Part shown: positions 1-5,907 of the stretch, in pieces
Position numbering within the stretch: position 1 is the first letter of the stretch
How the letters are laid out: the number at the start of each line of letters is the position of its first letter
From: Amoeboradix gromovi X-113
Lineage: Eukaryota; Fungi; Sanchytriomycota
Length of the DNA: 5,907 nucleotides
Direction: 5' to 3'
Assembly (NCBI GenBank): GCA_018985225.1
Contig: JADGIF010000620.1
Span: 1-5,907 of the forward strand
Made by a program: the position numbers and the translations under genes
The notes under the pieces: generated by a model
Seen by the model: the letters and a program-made list of their open reading frames with translations, nothing else
The model's database searches: none
Told to the model about the DNA's origin: nothing

Positions 1-2
1 TT

Positions 3-185
3 AAAAACTACTGCGAGGTTGAACAACTGGGAACTGAAGAAGCAGGGTCTCTGGTGTGCATTAAAGGTGATAAAAAAGTTAATAGCCTTTATAACACCCA
101 TTCTGGAATGTACTTTGCCTTATTTTTTGGTAGTATTATCACCCTCGTTCTTCTAGTTACCCAAATTTTGGCTTGCCTTCAGTAA
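3..185 (+). CDS. 3' end of an unknown gene running in from outside the window, with a C-terminal hydrophobic/TM segment
   Basis: Frame 3 is open from the window edge: KNYCEVEQLGTEEAGSLVCIKGDKKVNSLYNTHSGMYFALFFGSIITLVLLVTQILACLQ*, stop TAA at 183-185. The last ~25 aa are hydrophobic. It is absent from the ORF track because it has no start in the window. Confidence 0.55.
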   Translation, partial: KNYCEVEQLGTEEAGSLVCIKGDKKVNSLYNTHSGMYFALFFGSIITLVLLVTQILACLQ

Positions 186-659
186 ATAGAGTGATCAGAT
201 CTTATTAACTCGCATTCCACCTAGGCCACGTGCTAAAAATCATTGTTGATGTAAACAGGAGTAGTAAGACAGGGGAGGCTAGATGGAGCAAGCTTTGCGG
301 AAAGGCCTGTTACAAATCAGGATACTCCATAAGAGACTGCGAACAGTGCCTCAAAGAGCCTTTTTGGCTCCTATTTGGTATTTTTGCCAACCCCAGTATA
401 TATGCGCCCCAAGATTTGAAATGGTGTTGGAAAAGCCCGAAACCGTTTATCTGTTCTATGTTTGGCGCAGTTGGATTTCTGGACGATTATGATGCAGCTC
501 CTTAGTAAGTGACTACAATCTACGCTCTTCTTATCAATAGAGCACAAATTAGGAACAACGATATTTCCTGTTTGTCCTTGTTACAGTCATACCTGCCTTG
601 CCATATGCAAAATATAAAAGGCATAGAGAGGAACACGGTGGTGTGTGTAAGACAGTTTA

Positions 660-800
660 CTGTTGTTATCTCAATTAAATAGACTGATTTCCGAGAAAAT
701 TGAGAATTTCCACAGAGAAACTAGCAGTGCTAGATGCTCCATTACAGTGATTGCTCACGCTTTCACTACCCTGAGGCAGGATTGAATAAGGATGCAGATA
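660..800 (-). ncRNA. Candidate Fanzor omegaRNA scaffold overlapping the ORF 3' end
   Basis: It lies directly after RuvC-III, where TnpB-family guide scaffolds are encoded. Minus-strand hairpins: CCUG-ccu-CAGG (780-770), AGUGA-aa-GC-GUGA-GC-aa-UCACU with a GNRA loop (767-746), CUAGC-acu-GCUAG (733-721) and an 8 bp stem UCUCAAUU/AAUUGAGA (705-698 with 676-669). Boundaries are approximate. Confidence 0.5.
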
Positions 801-1112
801 CTTGATGTATATATTCCTTGTTGCCATATGGTCTCTATCTATCTCCAAATGACACTTTGTACATGTGTATGTTTCTAAGTTGGTTTTCTTCAAAGTACCA
901 AACCTTGTACATGTCTGACTAGTAAATGATTCATTGCATTCGACCATCGTCTTTCCTCTTTGCTTACACTTGAACTTCAAGCGTTCCTTGCATGCGTAAT
1001 GGGACATTGTAGCCATGTTTCTTGCGACCCTGCTCGACAAGCTACTTAGCATCTGGCTCGTATTGAACGAGGGTAAGTATATCAGATCATACGTCTTTGT
1101 ATGCTGTACCTG
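675..1112 (-). pseudogene. Truncated Fanzor (eukaryotic TnpB; Fanzor2/IS607-TnpB-like) nuclease, C-terminal RuvC-II, zinc ribbon and RuvC-III only
   Basis: The frame extends upstream of the tracked ATG to a TAA at 1115-1113: QVQHT-KTYDLIYLPSFNTSQMLSSLSSRVARNMATMSHYACKERLKFKCKQRGKTMVECNESFTSQTCTRFG...YTCTKC-HLEIDRDHMATRNIY. This matches the family motifs YDxIxLPxF, SHYxFKxRL, ExxTSxTCxxCG, CxxC and DRDxxAxxNI. The N-terminal REC/WED region and RuvC-I Asp are missing, and the second Zn cysteine is Phe (TGT>TTT). Confidence 0.88.
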
Positions 1113-1582
1113 TTAATTATTTATTTAGAATTGATTTACACTTGCGAAAAGGAAAAATATCGAGTGTTTAAGTTATTTGGAAATTTGGAAGTCATGAAAT
1201 CATATAAAAATCCATAAAAATTCGCGATAAATGATTTATTCAAGAAAATAGTCAAACTGGCTTTCAAACTCTGTTGGGTGCTCAATGTTTTGGTGGGACT
1301 TTTATCAGGGAATTGGAACGTATGGATACCAATCTGAATAATAGATATGAATTGAGAATATTTACTCTAGTTTCTATGTTTGAATGACAAGATTATCTTT
1401 AAAGTGACGCAATAACGTGAGTAATAATGGTATCAATTTGAAACAAGGATTTTGACAAGATCTTGTTTCCAACATTCTGAAAAGCACATAATCGAAATTT
1501 CAGTAATTTTGAGTTACGCCCGTTATTACGTTGGATGTCCCGTATGTTGATAAATTTTAAGATCTTTTGTAAGTAAAATTTA

Positions 1583-1903
1583 TTATACAGAAACTGCTCC
1601 TAAACAAGAGAACACGTAAATCGCTCCCATATTTAAATGCGCGGAAGATGCCGAGGTGGTTTTCTTTGAGCTAGTTTTCTCGACGCTGGTATCATTTGAT
1701 GTTGAGTTTCCAGTCGCGTTTTCATCTGCAGTGCTATTTGACAACAAATTCGATGGGAATATGTCACCGTTTGATAAACTAGATGGTGGCGGCAAGTTAC
1801 TCGCTGCATCGGGGTTTGAAGCAAGAAAGCTTTCAATTATACCTTTAGCCTGGTCTATTTGGCTAGCGTCCTGAGACAGAATCAGCTTCAAAATCAAAAT
1901 CAT
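1583..1903 (-). CDS. Small secreted Ser/Thr-rich protein, probably GPI-anchored (106 aa)
   Basis: Short hydrophobic N-terminus (MILILKLILS), Ser/Thr/Asn-rich body with NAT, NST and NDT sequons, small-residue cluster SASSA, then a hydrophobic C-terminus (MGAIYVFSCLGAVSV). Confidence 0.7.
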   Translation of the reverse strand: MILILKLILSQDASQIDQAKGIIESFLASNPDAASNLPPPSSLSNGDIFPSNLLSNSTADENATGNSTSNDTSVEKTSSKKTTSASSAHLNMGAIYVFSCLGAVSV

Positions 1904-1942
1904 CTTAATTTGGTCCCATCCTTGCTTTTATATTGTGATGCG

Positions 1943-1989
1943 CCAATCATGAGAATTCCTGAATTTTAAATTAAATTCATCATGATTGG
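1943..1989. promoter_or_regulatory. Divergent promoter with two inverted CCAAT boxes
   Basis: CCAATCATGA (1943-1952) and TCATGATTGG (1980-1989) form a perfect 10 bp inverted pair in the 131 bp gap between head-to-head ATGs at 1903 (minus) and 2035 (plus). Confidence 0.55.
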
Positions 1990-2034
1990 TCCAAATCTAT
2001 AACTTAACTCCTCACTGGAAAGAAATGGTTTTAA

Positions 2035-2424
2035 ATGTCACTTTATCAAGATTACTACAGCAACGATCAACACTTGAACACGGAAGACATGGCGACGCAT
2101 AATAATCCAAACATACATAATCCTAATAATGCGCTATTCCCACCCGACATTGATTCAGTGCATCCATCAAGTAGCGTTAGTCAACAAAACCCACGTCCAA
2201 CTTCTTATTCTTCGTCACATGCTCTAAACAATCCTCACCACAGTGCGTATATTGAAGAACAAGCGGTACGAAGAAAAAGTAGCAGAGGTCCGTGTACATC
2301 ACTATTTTGTTGCTGTACAAAGATCTTCTGCAGTTGCTTTTGCTGTGTTTTTATCATATTAGTTATAATAGTAGTTCTTGTGATAACGCAAGTCCCAGCA
2401 GTTAAAAAATTAGTATTCAAATAA
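2035..2424 (+). CDS. Tail-anchored membrane protein with a juxtamembrane Cys cluster (CYSTM-like architecture, 129 aa)
   Basis: Low-complexity N/P/S/H N-terminus, basic patch RRKSSR, Cys cluster CTSLFCCCTKIFCSCFCC, TM helix VFIILVIIVVLVIT and a short basic tail. The start context TTTTAAATG is shared with the RGS gene. Confidence 0.75.
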   Translation: MSLYQDYYSNDQHLNTEDMATHNNPNIHNPNNALFPPDIDSVHPSSSVSQQNPRPTSYSSSHALNNPHHSAYIEEQAVRRKSSRGPCTSLFCCCTKIFCSCFCCVFIILVIIVVLVITQVPAVKKLVFK

Positions 2425-2944
2425 ATTTGCATTACTTTATTTACGATTCCTTCACTTTCTTATTAAAAAAGTCCTGATTTACAATAATAGAGGGTCTACA
2501 CAGAGAAATGAAGAATTCTATTCACACTATTACAGCTTTTGCCCACGCTTCCACTACAATTGAGGCGGATTGAATGTTATGTTTGTAAACGGTACCTTGC
2601 GGACGTATATTTGTTCCAGTTGGTTTCTTTAATCTCTCTCACGTGTACATTTTGAATAGTAAAAGATTAATTTCATACCGCTAAATGTCTTTCCTTCGCA
2701 CGATAATAAATTTTTTAGACTGTTCTTAATTAAGAAGAGTGAATTTTGTATCACTTGATGGTGTCTTTAAATTTAACACGCTGTGCCTGGAATGGCTTCG
2801 AGTCATTTGGAACAGATAGAAAGAAAAGATATGCAATTGTTATACAATTAGAAAAGTCTATAAAATAGTCTATTCGAGTGATAGAGTCATGTTATCACTG
2901 TAAATGATTTATTCATTTAGAATCGTTGACTTTTCATTTATTAT

Positions 2945-3439
2945 TTAAAACGATTCAAAATCGCAAAATTGAATGTCAACATATTTTTGCCCTTCTTCCG
3001 ATGTCATAAACTCTTTTCCTATAATTTGTCCAAGTTTATTTATATGGTCTTCAAGAACATCTTCAAACAAATCGCTGTGTATATCACCACTATTGTATTT
3101 GTCCATTATCTCTATTTTGCAGGTTATATCTACGGCAATGTACATCGATGCTCCATCTCTAATGTAACTCTCTATAATCCGACTAGCCGCTTGTTTCAGC
3201 TTGTCTGGAGATACCGTCACCTTTTCTTCTTCTAGTTGCTTCAGGGTTCGTTTAAAAGTCATAATATTCTCATAAAAGTAAAACATTTCCATTTTATTCT
3301 CGCGTTGAATCCAGCTCAGAAATAATTTCTTACCTTTTGGGTCATGTATTATTCGGAAAAATAGATCTCTATCAGGTGAAGCGCCTATCTTTGACGGTCG
3401 TCTTGTGAAATTCTGGGAAAGTCTACGTGCGTACTGCAT
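2945..3439 (-). CDS. Stand-alone RGS (regulator of G-protein signalling)-domain protein (164 aa)
   Basis: RGS box pattern: IIHDPKGKKLFLSWIQRENKMEMFYFYENIMTFK...AASRIIESYIRDGASMYIAVD...DLFED...EFMTS, compared with the consensus F..FL..E..EENL.FW....FK...A..IY..YI...AP.EVN.D...LFD...RF..S. Confidence 0.85.
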   Translation of the reverse strand: MQYARRLSQNFTRRPSKIGASPDRDLFFRIIHDPKGKKLFLSWIQRENKMEMFYFYENIMTFKRTLKQLEEEKVTVSPDKLKQAASRIIESYIRDGASMYIAVDITCKIEIMDKYNSGDIHSDLFEDVLEDHINKLGQIIGKEFMTSEEGQKYVDIQFCDFESF

Positions 3440-3542
3440 TTAAAAGCCACTAAAGTAGAAACTCCAACTATTATTATGTTATTATATAGTTGGCGTCCAA
3501 ACTTGAATAGAGAAATAGAATTTTTGTTAATTATGATTCTAT

Positions 3543-4443
3543 TTATTGATCCATGTTTTCCAACAGGTAATTAGCAGCCAATTCCTCATTTCTATCACAA
3601 AGCAAATATGCCTCAATACAAGCTTCCCTGCTAAATCCCAAATTCATTAACTGCTGCACTTTTTGCATGTCTTCTGTAGACATCTGGATTTCTACATTTT
3701 GCGCTTAATTAATATATGCTACCTTGTTGCTGTTGATTCTGCTCTGATTGTTGTCCTTGCGGTTGTTCATGTTGTTGCACACCTTGCAGATACTGCAATA
3801 TCTGCTCTCCCATTTGAGGGTTTGCTTGCATCAGCTGTTGTAGTACTTCAGGGTTACTCTGCATCAGTTGTAGCAACTGCTCCATTTGCGTGTCTTGATC
3901 TGCATCAATTCCTATTCCTTGCTCATTTAGTTCTGGATGCTCCTCAGGTGGTTGCAACGGAGACATAGTACCTGCAGGGCCCTCGCCTACATCTAAGTTA
4001 CCACTTAACAGGTACTCAATAGCTCTATCAGGATGGTCAAAAGCCTTTTTCATAGCTTTCGCAATATCTGATTCTACAAATCCCATGCTCTTCATTTCTT
4101 CGACTGCTTTCTCCAGTTTTTCACCTTTCAAAGTACCAGAGTCTACCGATGGAGTATCTTGGCGTCTCTCTGAATTGCCTTTCACAGGGGATCCCGGCTC
4201 GCTCTTTGGAATAACTTTAGGAGCTGTTTTGATGTTACTGATCATATACACAATGTACTTGGTTCCGTCATAATTTAATTCCTGCATGGTCTGATTATTC
4301 TCCAACACTCGACCCTGATAAATACATTTTATTTGATCTATGTTGCATTTATCTTTATTTGCTACATGCTCCTTAATATCTTGGACTGAATTTACTGTGA
4401 GTTTTGTTATCTCGTTTTTCAAGTTCTTCAGCGTAATTTCCAT
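3543..4443 (-). CDS. RAD23: UV excision repair / ubiquitin shuttle protein RAD23 (UBL-UBA1-STI1-like-UBA2), two exons: 4443-3723 and 3691-3543, 289 aa
   Basis: ATG at 4443 starts a UBL domain ([11 protein letters not shown]...[11 protein letters not shown]). UBA1 is [33 protein letters not shown], followed by STI1-like [17 protein letters not shown] second frame gives UBA2, [48 protein letters not shown] intron at 3722-3692 joins them in frame (721+149=870 nt). Confidence 0.95.
3692..3722 (-). other. Very short spliceosomal intron in RAD23 (31 nt; alternative 19 nt acceptor)
   Basis: GTAGCATATATTAATTAAGCGCAAAATGTAG contains an in-frame stop, and its removal restores UBA2. An AAG acceptor ending at 3704 is also in frame. 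Confidence 0.8.
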
Positions 4444-4631
4444 TAACCCGTGATTTGAAAAATATTTAAACAATCAATGGCATATAAAAATCATTACTCG
4501 ATACCAAAAGATGGTTGCAGAGAACGCAACGGATATGGAGGATTGCTCAAAACATGATTATTGATGGGCTGCATGCCAGCAAGTCGGAAAGGGTTGCAGA
4601 GATAGAGAGCTGTGTGACGAATAAATTTATG

Positions 4632-4981
4632 CAGCTCGATTGTTTTCTTGAATAAATCATTTATCGCGACTTTGTATGCATTTTTGTATAATTTCAAGAC
4701 CTTCCCAGATATTTCTAATAGCTTAAATACTCGAAATTCTTTCGCAAATTGTAAATCAAATCTAAAGAAACAACAGGTACAGCATACATTCATCAACGTT
4801 GAGAAACCGGTCCAAACATGGAACAATTAGGTGTCTTTCAATGCCTAGAATGAGATGAACAATAAAAATAAACTTGCAAACCGTTTATTTAATAATTCTT
4901 GTGATTGGTCTTACCGAATATGCGACAATAGAGACCATATGGCAGCAAGGAGTATATACAAATATATAGGACATCAAATAT
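4632..4981 (+). mobile_element. Non-autonomous Fanzor element remnant, copy B, inverted relative to copy A
   Basis: 4632-4788 aligns to the reverse complement of 1098-1259, with an exact 27-mer (4643-4669 = rc 1222-1248) and an exact 17-mer (4772-4788 = rc 1098-1114). 4928-4960 matches rc 806-838 at 31/33 and encodes the RuvC-III-like NRDHMAARSIY. 4971-4981 matches rc 798-808 at 10/11. Confidence 0.8.
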
Positions 4982-4990
4982 AAAAACTAG

Positions 4991-5067
4991 ACCAAGTCGA
5001 AAATTTTCATTTTGAGATATTTCAATTTGAAATTAATATTGCAATTCAAATGAAAAAATTAGACTAA
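4991..5067 (+). repeat. Left terminal inverted repeat (at least 77 bp)
   Basis: ACCAAGTCGAAAATTTTCATTTTGAGATATTTCAATTTGAAATTAATATTGCAATTCAAATGAAAAAATTAGACTAA, with internal mini-palindromes such as TTTCAATTTGAAA. Confidence 0.95.
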
Positions 5068-5364
5068 CTATTTCAACCAATCAAATCACAACAAAATTGC
5101 CAATCATGTTCTTAACTTTCTTAACTTTAAAAAATTGTTTGGATCAATCAACTGACTGATTAAACTTTAAGGGAATAGAGCTAAGGAAATAAAAGCATGA
5201 GAAAAAATGGAATATGATTACGATGCCAACGAAGGTGAAATGACAAACTTGCACCCAGATTGTTTTATTAAATAAAGACAAACATCGAGTCGATTTAAAG
5301 GAAAAATATATTATGGTCGACGGGTAGATAGTCTTATGAATATTCATGGATTTTATTATCTGAC

Positions 5365-5819
5365 ATGCAATCACGAGGAACAATTTCTTTCAGAAATGGA
5401 AATTCCTACGAGTATGAATTTCCTACCTACATCATTAACGTAGGCCGAGTTAATGCTGACATTGTGCGAGTTTCATTTCAAAATCTACAAAGAATTGATA
5501 TTCCAGTACCACCCCAAACTTTTCACCATGATTTACAAACTGGTGATATAAACAATGATTTCAATGGCAGCTTTTTTGTCACATGGAACGGTCGCCATGA
5601 AATTATCACAAACGGTGTTGCTCTTATTCAGTTTAACAATCAACGCCAAGTGAGTGTTATGAGTATCTGTGAACATTGGGCTGTGCGTGATGGAATTGGA
5701 CGTATTCTTCGCCAAGATGGACAAGAATTGCTGCCAATTTAAGATACCCTATACTTGTAGTCCAAGCAAATGAAATTGATGCAGAAGTGGAAGAAGATCA
5801 TGAAGAGGAAGAAAATTAA
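5365..5819 (+). CDS. Unknown lysine-free cargo protein: 125 aa ORF (5365-5742), probably 151 aa with an acidic tail if a 1-nt frameshift near 5726 is corrected
   Basis: The ORF has a beta-strand-like alternating pattern and no Lys. An overlapping frame from 5727 reads IAANLRYPILVVQANEIDAEVEEDHEEEEN* and stops at 5817-5819, 11 bp before the right TIR. Confidence 0.6.
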
Positions 5820-5830
5820 ATAAAATTGTT

Positions 5831-5907
5831 TTAGTCTAATTTTTTCATTTGAATTGCAATATTAATTTCAAATTGAAATATCTCAAAATGAAAATTTTCG
5901 ACTTGGT
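5831..5907 (-). repeat. Right terminal inverted repeat (at least 77 bp, may continue past the window)
   Basis: Exact reverse complement of 4991-5067. Confidence 0.95.

Larger units (their letters stand above)
653..1259 (-). mobile_element. Non-autonomous, internally deleted Fanzor element, copy A
   Basis: It contains the Fanzor fragment. Its 5' part (1098-1259) is homologous to 4632-4788 in inverted orientation, and homology stops at 1259. The 653 boundary is a guess from a weak CAGTTT match between the two ends. Confidence 0.65.
4991..5907. mobile_element. Non-autonomous TIR DNA transposon with a cargo ORF (Pack-type / large MITE); right end at or beyond the window edge
   Basis: 4991-5067 is the exact reverse complement of 5831-5907 (77/77). 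No DDE transposase is visible inside. The TSD cannot be seen because the window ends. Confidence 0.85.

Noticed and set aside
230-505. 91 aa plus-strand ORF and the overlapping 69 aa ORF (283-492)
   Set aside because: The longer ORF starts at GTG and neither has a recognisable motif. Intron models I tried on both strands (GTAAGT at 505; a 25 nt GTATGA..CAG on minus near 592) hit stops. It could be a decayed gene but cannot be supported.
653-680. Possible TIR of Fanzor copy A (CAGTTT-ACT versus CAGTTTGACT at 1259)
   Set aside because: The match is short and gapped, is not well kept in copy B and has no TSD. It was used only as a tentative boundary.
2901-2919. TAAATGATTTATTCA matching 1228-1242 and forming a small hairpin
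   Set aside because: An AT-rich 15-mer with no flanking homology, so likely chance.
2430-2940. Possible gene in the 500 bp gap between the TM and RGS genes
   Set aside because: Only short, stop-interrupted frames with no recognisable product.
1633-4273. Shadow ORFs 1633-1836, 1656-1874, 2235-2432, 2969-3235, 2973-3167, 3663-3968 and 4085-4273
   Set aside because: They are antisense or alternate-frame overlaps of better-supported genes.
4444-4473. N-terminal extension of the tracked RAD23 ORF (start 4473) and its stop at 3709
   Set aside because: The start is TTG, whereas the UBL domain begins at ATG 4443. The stop at 3709-3711 lies inside the intron.
4494-4830. ORFs 4494-4826 (minus) and 4648-4830 (plus)
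   Set aside because: They overlap the repeat shared with 1098-1259, where the homologous sequence has indels and a stop. The resemblance of NLKKQQVQH to Fanzor N-terminal sequence is too weak to call.
5144-5724. Minus-strand ORFs 5144-5383 and 5533-5724, and short plus-strand frames at 5207-5330
   Set aside because: The minus ORFs are antisense to the cargo ORF or in AT-rich sequence and have no motifs. The short upstream frames could be a decayed exon, but I found no clean splice model.
1-5907. CRISPR array, tRNA or rRNA
   Set aside because: No regularly spaced direct repeats, cloverleaf or rRNA signatures were seen.

Overview
AT-rich, gene-dense DNA from what looks like a compact eukaryotic, probably early-diverging fungal-type, genome (inferred from RAD23, an RGS gene, a 19-31 nt GT-AG intron and CCAAT boxes). 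A central ~3.4 kb block of host genes holds a GPI-type Ser/Thr-rich protein, a Cys-rich tail-anchored membrane protein, a stand-alone RGS-domain protein and RAD23. This block is bracketed by two inverted, differently deleted copies of one Fanzor (eukaryotic TnpB, Fanzor2/IS607-like) element. The left copy (~653-1259, minus) keeps the C-terminal RuvC/zinc-ribbon half and a structured 3' tail that is a candidate omegaRNA. The right copy (~4632-4981, plus) keeps the shared 5' segment and the RuvC-III motif. It is followed at once by a ~917 bp element with perfect 77 bp terminal inverted repeats, no transposase, and one lysine-free cargo ORF. All calls come from reading the sequence by eye; no searches were run.
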